Positions 17,218 through 24,000 of a stretch of DNA of 24,000 bases are shown piece after piece. Within the stretch, counting starts at the first letter, position 1. The number at the start of each line of letters is the position of its first letter. Position numbers and translations under genes: made by a program. The stretch is from Desulfobacterales bacterium (GTDB lineage: Bacteria > Desulfobacterota > Desulfobacteria > Desulfobacterales > UBA11574), in assembly GCA_020345745.1 (NCBI GenBank), contig CP070768.1:2721202-2745201 (forward strand). The letters are read 5' to 3'. The notes beneath the pieces were generated by a model that ran no database searches, was not told the origin of the DNA, and was given only the letters and a program-made list of their open reading frames with translations.

Positions 17218-18169
17218 TCATAAAAAACTCACTGTCTCACATGCGCCTTTCTGGCATGATGGAAGCAGCATATCCGCAAGAAGTTATCATACCATGCTTG
17301 CAACATTACCTGCAGTCCTATTTGGTCTGTTTTCTTACGGATTTCTCGCCTTCGGCGTTGTTTCACTTTCCATTTCCTTTGCCATGATTTGGGAACTGGC
17401 AATTAACAAGGTGACCAAACGATCCATCAGTATTGGAGACGGTAATGCTGCACTGATCGGCCTTATCTTTGCCATGCTGTTGCCGGCAACATCCCCGTGG
17501 TGGCTGGTAATAACCGGAACATTTGTTGCCGTGGTCATCGGAAAACACATATTCGGTGGCATTGGTGCCAATCCCTTCAACCCGGTACTCATTGGACTCG
17601 CCATGCTGATGGTATCCTGGACAGATTTTTTTGATTTCGATCAGGCCCTTTTGAATTATGACTTGGGCTTTGTCATGGTATATCCGCTGGCCGCACTTAA
17701 ACATCTGGGCCCTGCCGGCATTGATGCCTTCAGTACAACGGACCTGTTAATGGGTCAGCAGACCGGCGGTATCGGGGCAACATTTTCTTTAGGTCTTATT
17801 GCAGGCGGCATCTATTTAATGATCAGAGGATTTATTCGCTGGGAAATTTCACTCTCTTTTCTGGCCGGTGTATTTGTCACCGCATTGCTATTTAATTTAA
17901 AAAACCCTGCAATGTATGCTGATCCGCTGTTTCATCTTTTCACCGGTTATACCTTGATCGGAGCCTTTTTCTTGGCACCCGAGGATTCGTCTTCGCCGGT
18001 CAATTTCATTCCGATGCTGATTTACGGCGCCGGAGGCGGCATTATGACCGTCCTGATAAGAAATGCTGGGGCGTATATCGATGGGGTGGTTTTCGCCATT
18101 CTGTTAATGAATATCATCAATCCACTGATAGATAAAATTAGGCCAAAAGCGCTTGGAAAGGTTGTTTAA
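17210..18169 (+). CDS. rnfD: Rnf electron transport complex subunit D
   Basis: This is a polytopic membrane protein with RnfD/NqrB-type blocks (HAPFWHDG, GGIGANPFNP, GYTLIGAFFLAPEDSSSP). It overlaps the rnfC stop by 8 nt. Confidence 0.9.
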   Translation: MLSHKKLTVSHAPFWHDGSSISARSYHTMLATLPAVLFGLFSYGFLAFGVVSLSISFAMIWELAINKVTKRSISIGDGNAALIGLIFAMLLPATSPWWLVITGTFVAVVIGKHIFGGIGANPFNPVLIGLAMLMVSWTDFFDFDQALLNYDLGFVMVYPLAALKHLGPAGIDAFSTTDLLMGQQTGGIGATFSLGLIAGGIYLMIRGFIRWEISLSFLAGVFVTALLFNLKNPAMYADPLFHLFTGYTLIGAFFLAPEDSSSPVNFIPMLIYGAGGGIMTVLIRNAGAYIDGVVFAILLMNIINPLIDKIRPKALGKVV

Positions 18170-18170
18170 T

Positions 18171-18761
18171 ATGCGTGAATTGATCAAAATGGTTATCGTC
18201 CTTACAATTTTGAGCGCCTTCTCGGGAGGTTTGCTGGCCGGTCTTCGAATCAGTACTGCTGCTCAGATCGAAAATCAGCAACTTAAATTCGTAAAAGGCC
18301 CGGCAATAAAAGCCATTCTCGAAGGTGCCGCCAATGATCCCATCGTTGACCGATTCAAGGTAACCGACGGCGATATTGATCGAAGTTTCTTTGTGGGAAA
18401 ATTTAATGGAAAGGCCAACACCGTTGCATTCGAAAGTTTCGGGAAAGGGTACGGTGGTGAGGTGGGTCTCATGGTAGGTGTCGATTTAGACAATGACAAG
18501 ATTATCGGCGTCGGTGTTACGACCCATAGTGAAACGCCCGGCCTGGGAGCCCAAGCAAAAGATGACCCTACATTTGTATCACAATTTAAAGGCTTTGCCA
18601 TCGTGGAACCGGTTAAGGTCACTACAGACGGCGGGAAGATAAATGCCATGAGCGGTGCAACCATTACCTCCCGTGCCGTTTGCTCGGCAGCTACCGACGC
18701 CGGCCAAATATACCAAAAACTAAAACCGCAACTTGCTGAAAAATTAAAGGAATTCGAATAA
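18171..18761 (+). CDS. rnfG: Rnf electron transport complex subunit G (FMN-binding)
   Basis: It has an N-terminal TM anchor and the covalent-FMN motif SGATITSRAV (18651-18680). The ATG at 18171 is 2 nt after the rnfD stop; the ORF track extends it to 18153. Confidence 0.9.
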   Translation: MRELIKMVIVLTILSAFSGGLLAGLRISTAAQIENQQLKFVKGPAIKAILEGAANDPIVDRFKVTDGDIDRSFFVGKFNGKANTVAFESFGKGYGGEVGLMVGVDLDNDKIIGVGVTTHSETPGLGAQAKDDPTFVSQFKGFAIVEPVKVTTDGGKINAMSGATITSRAVCSAATDAGQIYQKLKPQLAEKLKEFE

Positions 18762-18774
18762 AAGGGAGATAAGG

Positions 18775-19368
18775 ATGGCCAAATCTTTCACCCAGGAATT
18801 TGTCAAAGGTCTATGGGAAGAAATACCACCGTTTAGGCTTGTGTTGGGTTTGTGTCCGGTGTTGGGTGTTACCACCACCATGGAAAACGGCATCGGGATG
18901 GGACTTGCCACAACATTTGTTCTGTTATGCTCCAATGTTTTAGTTTCGCTCCTTCGCAACATAATCCCCTCAAAGGTGAGGATCGCCTGCTTTATCATTA
19001 TCATTGCCACCTTTGTCATTGTCGTCGAACTATTGATGCAGGCCTACACCTATCCCCTGTTTCTCAAGCTGGGTGTGTTCATACCCCTGATTGTGGTTAA
19101 TTGTGTTGTTCTGGGACGTGCAGAAGCATTTGCATCTAAAAACAGTCTTTTGCCTTCCATCGCCGATGGTCTTGGAATCGGTATCGGATTCACCCTTTCA
19201 CTTGCCGCATTAGGCGCTCTGCGGGAAATCCTTGGAACTGGCACATTTTACGGCGCTATGGTATTCGGTCCCTTCTTTAAACCGTTTACATTCATGGTTC
19301 AGGCACCGGGTGCCTTTGTTTGCCTGGGGCTTATGCTTTGTGTCATGAACCTTTTTGGAAGCAAATAG
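18775..19368 (+). CDS. rnfE: Rnf electron transport complex subunit E
   Basis: RnfE/NqrD-type blocks are present: GLWEEIPPFRLVLGLCPVLGVTT and IPLIVVNCVVLGRAEAFA. Confidence 0.9.
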   Translation: MAKSFTQEFVKGLWEEIPPFRLVLGLCPVLGVTTTMENGIGMGLATTFVLLCSNVLVSLLRNIIPSKVRIACFIIIIATFVIVVELLMQAYTYPLFLKLGVFIPLIVVNCVVLGRAEAFASKNSLLPSIADGLGIGIGFTLSLAALGALREILGTGTFYGAMVFGPFFKPFTFMVQAPGAFVCLGLMLCVMNLFGSK

Positions 19369-19378
19369 GAGAATATAA

Positions 19379-19951
19379 ATGGGCTACTTTGAAATAATTA
19401 TCAGCACCATCTTTGTTAACAACATCCTGCTTGCACAGTTTTTGGGCAACTGTCCGTTTCTTGGTACATCAAAGAAAATGGAGACCGCTGTCGGCATGTC
19501 ATTTGCGGTGGTTTTTGTGTTGGTTCTGGCAGGTGTTATCACCTGGATGATCTACTATTTTATATTAGCCCCCGCCGGTTTGGTATACCTTCGAACCATT
19601 GCATTCATCCTGGTGATCGCTTCTCTTGTTCAATTTGTTGAAATGTTTTTAAAAAAGAGCATTCCAGCGCTGTACGCTGGACTTGGCATCTTTTTGCCGT
19701 TGATTACCACCAACTGTGCCGTTATGGGTGCTTGCGTTTTAAACGTCGACCAAGAACTTAACTTCATGCAGTCCTTGGTTGCATCTTTTGGCTATGCCGT
19801 AGGTTTTGGTGTCGCGCTTATTCTCTTCGCGGGTATACGCGAACGAATTATGCTGGCCAGGGTTCCAAAACCACTTCAGGATACATCCATCGGACTGGTC
19901 ACAGCAGGTATTATATCCCTCTCCTTTTATGCGTTTAAAGGGATGGTATAG
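19379..19951 (+). CDS. rnfA: Rnf electron transport complex subunit A
   Basis: RnfA/NqrE-type blocks are present: VNNILLAQFLGNCPFLG and LPLITTNCAVMGA. Confidence 0.9.
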   Translation: MGYFEIIISTIFVNNILLAQFLGNCPFLGTSKKMETAVGMSFAVVFVLVLAGVITWMIYYFILAPAGLVYLRTIAFILVIASLVQFVEMFLKKSIPALYAGLGIFLPLITTNCAVMGACVLNVDQELNFMQSLVASFGYAVGFGVALILFAGIRERIMLARVPKPLQDTSIGLVTAGIISLSFYAFKGMV

Positions 19952-19973
19952 GGAATGATTTAAGGAGGTCGTT

Positions 19974-21152
19974 GTGTTTTCAGCTATTTTGTTTATGTTG
20001 GGGCTTGGCGCATTATGCGGTGTTATGCTGAGTGTTGCCTCCAAAGTGTTCTATGTTTATGAAGATCCCCGAATTGCCGAGATTGAGGCAATGACAGCGG
20101 GTGCCAACTGCGGGGGTTGTGGATATGCGGGGTGCGCGGCTGCAGCAGTAGCTGTGGTTGCAGGTGAAGCCCCGCCAAGTATCTGTATTATAGCGGGCCC
20201 CGAAGCGGCTGTCAATATCGCAGGCGTGATGGGTGTTGATCCCGGAACAGCAGAAACCGTGCTTTCCTATAATACCTGCATGGGTGGCCATCGGGCTGAA
20301 ACCAAATTTCATTATATGGGTATCAACAGCTGTCAGGGGCTCGCGATCTTATATGGGGGACAACGCGACTGTCCTGTTGGCTGTCTGGGCTTAGGTGATT
20401 GTGTCAAGGCGTGTGCTTTTGATGCCCTTATAATCGGACCGGATGGTTATCCTGTCGTTGACGAAATCAAATGTGTCGGATGCGGTGCCTGTCTAAAGGT
20501 CTGCCCTAAAGATATTATGGAAATTAAAACCATGTCCCAACGACTGCTTCATCTCAACCAGTACGACGACCGGATTGCGCCCTGTCAGCAAACCTGCCCG
20601 GCTGAAATCGACATCGTCAAATACATATACCAAATTAAACAAGGCGATTACGAAGGCGCCGTAAATACAATAAGAGAGCGAAATCCACTACTGTTATCTT
20701 GTGGCCGGGTTTGCCCGCATCCTTGTGAAGATAAATGCCGCAGGGGAATAGAAGAGGAGTCTATTTCCATCAATCAACTGAAACGGTTTGTGGCCGACTA
20801 TGAAATGAATTCAGGGAAACGGCTGCCCATATCTTGCGCACCTTCCACCGGAAAGAAAGTGGCCGTTATCGGTGGTGGTCCGGCCGGCTTGAGCAACGCA
20901 TTTTTTCTGCGACGCCTCGGCCATGATGTTACCATTTTTGATGCCATGCCAAAACTGGGCGGAATGATCCGTTATGGGATCCCTGAATATCGCCTTCCGA
21001 AAGAGGTTCTGGCCTGGGAAATCCAAGGAATTCTCGATTTGGGAGTAGAACACAAGCCAAACGTGGTGCTGGGACGAGACTTTGACATCGGGTCACTGGT
21101 CGCATCTGGGTTTGATGCGGTATTTCTCGGTATAGGCCCCTGGAAAGATTAA
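19974..21152 (+). CDS. rnfB: RnfB fused to the N-terminal part of a GltD/NfnB-like FAD/NAD(P)H oxidoreductase. It ends at an in-frame TAA.
   Basis: A GTG start follows AAGGAGG. RnfB features are an N-terminal TM, CGGCGYAGC, and the dicluster CPVGCLGLGDCVKAC...CVGCGACLKVCP. The GltD-type Fe-S helical domain follows (PCQQTCP...CGRVCPHPCEDKC) and then the FAD Rossmann motif (KVAVIGGGPAGL). The ORF stops at TAA 21150-21152, in the middle of the domain. Confidence 0.85.
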   Translation: MFSAILFMLGLGALCGVMLSVASKVFYVYEDPRIAEIEAMTAGANCGGCGYAGCAAAAVAVVAGEAPPSICIIAGPEAAVNIAGVMGVDPGTAETVLSYNTCMGGHRAETKFHYMGINSCQGLAILYGGQRDCPVGCLGLGDCVKACAFDALIIGPDGYPVVDEIKCVGCGACLKVCPKDIMEIKTMSQRLLHLNQYDDRIAPCQQTCPAEIDIVKYIYQIKQGDYEGAVNTIRERNPLLLSCGRVCPHPCEDKCRRGIEEESISINQLKRFVADYEMNSGKRLPISCAPSTGKKVAVIGGGPAGLSNAFFLRRLGHDVTIFDAMPKLGGMIRYGIPEYRLPKEVLAWEIQGILDLGVEHKPNVVLGRDFDIGSLVASGFDAVFLGIGPWKD

Positions 21153-21170
21153 AACCTGGGGGTTGAAGGC

Positions 21171-22064
21171 GTGAAATTGAAGGGCAGCTATACGGGAATC
21201 AATTTTCTATCAAGCTTTTCGCTATGGCAACAAGGAGAAACCGCGAAAGATCAACCTTTTGTCGGAAAAAAATGCGTGGTTATCGGCGGTGGTAACACAG
21301 CCATCGACTGTGTCCGGACACTCATTCGCCTGGGTGCTGAAGAGGTATCGATCGTTTATCGCCGAACCCGGAAAGAGATGCCGGCCAATCTGGTTGAAAT
21401 CGAGGCCGCTGAACATGAAGGGGTTCAATTTACCTTTCTAGCGGCACCTACACGGGTCCTAGGAGACGACAATGACAACGTCCTTGGGCTTGAATATCTC
21501 AAAATGGAGCTCGGAGAACCGGATGCCAGCGGACGGCGCCGGCCGGTACCGATCGAGGGCTCTGAAACTGTCATCGACATCGACATGTTGATCACTGCCA
21601 TTGGACAGGGCCCGGATATCTTCTTCAAGGATGAAAGTAAACGACTTGACGAGGATCTGAACATTACGCGATGGAATACCATCGACTGCGAAGATCCTGT
21701 GGCACTCCAGTCAAGCATACCGTATATTTTTACTGGTGGAGACTCTGCTACGGGAGCCGCTTTAGTTGTCGACGCCATCGGCGCCGGCAGAAGGGCCGCT
21801 AGATCGATTCACATGTATCTGACCGGTGAAAAAATAACACCTCCGGACAAAACGCTCTTTCAGGATAACATCCCCGTATCGATTTTTGACTCTGTTGACG
21901 GGTTGGGTAAATCGGAGCGCACAAAGATGCCGGAACTACCCGTGGATGAGCGGATTAAAACCTTTGAGGAAGCAGACCTTGTTATTACAGAGGAAGAAGC
22001 CAAGTATGAATCCAACCGCTGCCTTCAGTGCTGCCTCACGTGCTACAACAAAGACGTCGCCTAA
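21171..22064 (+). CDS. C-terminal part of the same GltD/NfnB-like oxidoreductase (NAD(P)H-binding Rossmann fold plus FAD-binding C-terminus). It is in frame with the upstream ORF.
   Basis: It contains KCVVIGGGNTAIDC, the GEPDASGRRRP loop typical of GltD/NfnB, and IFTGGDSATGAALVVDAIGAGRRAA. It is in the same frame as 19974-21152 and separated from it only by TAA plus 6 sense codons. The start is a putative GTG. Confidence 0.8.
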   Translation: MKLKGSYTGINFLSSFSLWQQGETAKDQPFVGKKCVVIGGGNTAIDCVRTLIRLGAEEVSIVYRRTRKEMPANLVEIEAAEHEGVQFTFLAAPTRVLGDDNDNVLGLEYLKMELGEPDASGRRRPVPIEGSETVIDIDMLITAIGQGPDIFFKDESKRLDEDLNITRWNTIDCEDPVALQSSIPYIFTGGDSATGAALVVDAIGAGRRAARSIHMYLTGEKITPPDKTLFQDNIPVSIFDSVDGLGKSERTKMPELPVDERIKTFEEADLVITEEEAKYESNRCLQCCLTCYNKDVA

Positions 22065-22091
22065 AACATTCATAAGTCCCTCACCTTTATC

Positions 22092-22129
22092 ACACCGCAG
22101 AGCCGATAGCGCTCTGCGGTGTTGTGTTT
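22092..22129 (+). terminator. Rho-independent terminator of the cytochrome-rnf operon
   Basis: CACCGCAGAGC (22093-22103) and GCTCTGCGGTG (22111-22121) form a perfect 11-bp GC-rich stem with a 7-nt loop. It is followed by TTGTGTTT and lies 28 nt after the stop codon. Confidence 0.85.
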
Positions 22130-22240
22130 ATAAACACGAATCGATCCGACCTGTGCGGGCGTCCGGCTTTTTCTTCCAGTCGCTATCAATATCGTCCTAA
22201 CCGCGTGACCCCATATTTTATGATGTTGGCTTTTTTAAAG

Positions 22241-23797
22241 CTAAGCTTGAATGATAAGGTTTTTTGCGGTCATCTCTTCGGGTATTTTTAAGCCGAGCAG
22301 GTACAGTACCGTAGGCGCGATATCCGAAAGTTTGCCGCGCTTGAGGAGTTGTTTCCCCTTCGAATCACCAGCAACATAGATACATTCGACAGGGTTGAGG
22401 GTGTGACTGGTTTTGGTCATACCGATCTGGTAATCGACCATTTGTTCGGAATTACCGTGGTCAGCGGTAATGAGAATATGGGCATCAAGTTCACGCAGGC
22501 GTTTGACGATCTTTCCCACACATTCATCAACGATTTCAATCGCTCTTGTTGCTGCAGCCATGTTACCGGTATGTCCTACCATATCGCCGTTGGCATAGTT
22601 TACCGCGATAAACTGATAAGGATTTTGCTGAAGTCGTCTGATGAGTTCTCCTGTTACGTTGTAGGCCTCCATCTCCGGGTGACTGGCAAATGTCGCAGGA
22701 TCAAAACGACTCGGTATATCAACCTGATCTTCATTCGCATATGGTGTCGTTGCTTTGCCATTAAAGAAGCTGGTAACATGCCTGAACTTTTGCGTTTCGG
22801 CAATGCGAAGCTGCCGCAAACCTTTATTGGAAATGACTTCTCCGAGCAAGTTTTCCATACCTCCCCCGGCATCGATCGCACCGAGCATATATGCTTCGAA
22901 CTCATCCCAATAGCGGGTCAACCCGACATATGTAACACGACGTTTGAATGTTGAGTTTCCTGGATACGCCGGATCGACAAATGCCATAGAGAGCTGAATG
23001 GCCCTGTCCTGTCGATAATTGGTATGCAAGACACTGTCACCATCCCTGACGCCGTCATAGCCACCTATTACATGAGGAGGGATATATTCATCAAACATAT
23101 CCACACCATCCGGCGTTTTATCCCGAGCATACGATGCCTCAACGGCTGCCCTAGGATCAAGAACTTTGCGTCCCTCACTGGCAACAATACACTGGTAGGC
23201 CAAGTCGGTCAGTTGCCAGTTTCTGGATCGGTCCATTCCATAATAACGCCCCATTAACGTACCGATGGTGCAACCGCCAATTTCATCCATGACGTTTTTG
23301 AGCGTAGCCAAATATTCCAGGCAGCTTTGCGGCGGCGTGTCTCTGCCGTCTAAAAAGGGGTGAACGATGATGACTCCCTCGGGATATTCTTGCCGTGCCC
23401 GGCGCATGATCTTGAAGAGATGCTCCTGGTGTGCATGCACGCCTTCATCCTGTAACAGGCCCAAAAGATGAAGCCGACTCTGATTCTCTTGCCAATTGGC
23501 GACCAGAAGTTTCCAGTGCTCTACTCCAAATAGCTCCCCGGTACGAAGTCCATCATCGATTCGTTTGAGCTCTTGAATAACGATTCGTCCGGCACCCATG
23601 TTGAGATGTCCCACCTCTGATGAACCCTGGTAACCATTTGGAAGTCCGACGGGCTCACCGGCGCAATCGAGGATTGTCCAAGGATAATGTTCTTTGTAAA
23701 AATCTATATTCGGCGTTTGGGCCGCAAATACGGCGTTTCCTTCGTGTTTTTCACTGTATCCCCAGCCATCGCGAATAATCAGGCATACGGGTCGCAT
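22241..23797 (-). CDS. gpmI: 2,3-bisphosphoglycerate-independent phosphoglycerate mutase
   Basis: iPGM blocks are present: LIIRDGWG, SSEVGHLNMGAGR, HPFLDGRDTPP, GRYYGMDRSRNW, NYANGDMVGHTG and ITADHGN. I chose the ATG at 23797 (MRPVCLII..., SD GGAAAG). The ORF-track start at 23863 is a TTG lying inside the repeat element. Confidence 0.92.
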   Translation of the reverse strand: MRPVCLIIRDGWGYSEKHEGNAVFAAQTPNIDFYKEHYPWTILDCAGEPVGLPNGYQGSSEVGHLNMGAGRIVIQELKRIDDGLRTGELFGVEHWKLLVANWQENQSRLHLLGLLQDEGVHAHQEHLFKIMRRARQEYPEGVIIVHPFLDGRDTPPQSCLEYLATLKNVMDEIGGCTIGTLMGRYYGMDRSRNWQLTDLAYQCIVASEGRKVLDPRAAVEASYARDKTPDGVDMFDEYIPPHVIGGYDGVRDGDSVLHTNYRQDRAIQLSMAFVDPAYPGNSTFKRRVTYVGLTRYWDEFEAYMLGAIDAGGGMENLLGEVISNKGLRQLRIAETQKFRHVTSFFNGKATTPYANEDQVDIPSRFDPATFASHPEMEAYNVTGELIRRLQQNPYQFIAVNYANGDMVGHTGNMAAATRAIEIVDECVGKIVKRLRELDAHILITADHGNSEQMVDYQIGMTKTSHTLNPVECIYVAGDSKGKQLLKRGKLSDIAPTVLYLLGLKIPEEMTAKNLIIQA

Positions 23798-23812
23798 AGC
23801 TTTCCTTTCTGT

Positions 23813-23867
23813 GGAGACCTTTGAAAAACGCCCTTTTTTACCCACTCTCTGTGTCAGGCTCAAATTT
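23813..23867 (-). repeat. Copy B of the intergenic repeat family, ending 15 nt upstream of the gpmI start
   Basis: The minus strand reads AAATTTGAGCCTGACACAGAGAGTGGGTAAAAAAGGGCGTTTTTCAAAGGTCTCC. See copies A, C, D and E. Confidence 0.8.
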
Positions 23868-23901
23868 CAATCCGCGAAATACTCTGTGTATTCCTGTGGT
23901 T

Positions 23902-23956
23902 AAAATTTTCGCCTTCCTTGACATTGGATAAAACGGAACATTTTTCAAAGATCTCC
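23902..23956 (+). repeat. Copy E of the intergenic repeat family (plus orientation, with an internal ~6-nt deletion), head-to-head with copy B
   Basis: The plus strand reads AAAATTTTCGCCTTCCTTGACATTGGATAAAACGGAACATTTTTCAAAGATCTCC. It keeps the TGACA, TGGATAAAAC and TTTTTCAAAGATCTCC blocks. Confidence 0.6.
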
Positions 23957-24000
23957 CGTTATAAATCTTAGAAAAAAAGATTCTGACAGATATATCTACA

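Noticed and set aside
15934-19951. The operon could be nqr (Na+-NQR) rather than rnf, given the NqrA-like first subunit
   Set aside because: The first subunit keeps two 4Fe-4S motifs, which NqrA lacks. The gene order is C-D-G-E-A-B. The last gene has the RnfB N-terminal CxxCGxxGC and a ferredoxin dicluster rather than an NqrF 2Fe-2S/FAD module.
21150-21152. In-frame stop as a selenocysteine or pyrrolysine recoding site
   Set aside because: The codon is TAA. Sec uses TGA and Pyl uses TAG. I saw no SECIS-like hairpin immediately downstream, and the homologous position in GltD-type proteins is not a redox-active Cys.
23813-23867. Sigma54 (-24 GG / -12 GC) or sigmaE promoter inside the repeat family
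   Set aside because: Copy B fits TGG-N10-GC only loosely, and copies A, C, D and E do not keep the GG/GC spacing. GGAAC and TCAAA occur in some copies but only about 5 nt apart, not about 16.
1-24000. CRISPR arrays, tRNA/rRNA genes, IS elements, integrases, toxin-antitoxin or known defence genes
   Set aside because: I saw no regularly spaced direct repeats, no cloverleaf-like or rRNA-like segments, and no ORFs with transposase, integrase or nuclease signatures. The window looks like core chromosome apart from the small PilZ patch.

Overview
This is a protein-dense 24 kb chromosomal window. I saw no rRNA, tRNA, CRISPR array, transposase or integrase. Left third: a 1,248-aa AsmA-family envelope protein (-) lies divergent from a pqiA(split)-pqiB-pqiC MCE-type trans-envelope lipid-transport operon (+). 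Middle: fumC (-), a small secreted protein, a short DUF748/AsmA-like protein and two convergent MscS-family channels. These are followed by a patch that looks AT-richer by eye, holding two stand-alone PilZ proteins and two unknown proteins. Right third: a membrane-anchored cytochrome c with five CxxCH motifs, then rnfC-D-G-E-A and an rnfB fused to a GltD/NfnB-like FAD/NAD(P)H oxidoreductase, a strong intrinsic terminator, and convergent gpmI. Four things deserve a second look. (1) The Rnf operon departs from the textbook complex: it has a cytochrome partner, an RnfC whose FMN/NADH motifs look degenerate (NqrA-like) and an RnfB-GltD fusion. (2) An in-frame TAA splits the GltD-like domain at 21150-21152. 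(3) The RCLxC half of the GltD Fe-S motif sits at the extreme C-terminus rather than the N-terminus. (4) A roughly 50-nt intergenic repeat family has five copies in the window, including one head-to-head pair. Gene content suggests an anaerobic, Desulfobacterota-like organism, but that is inference only. All family calls rest on motif recognition by eye; no database search was possible.
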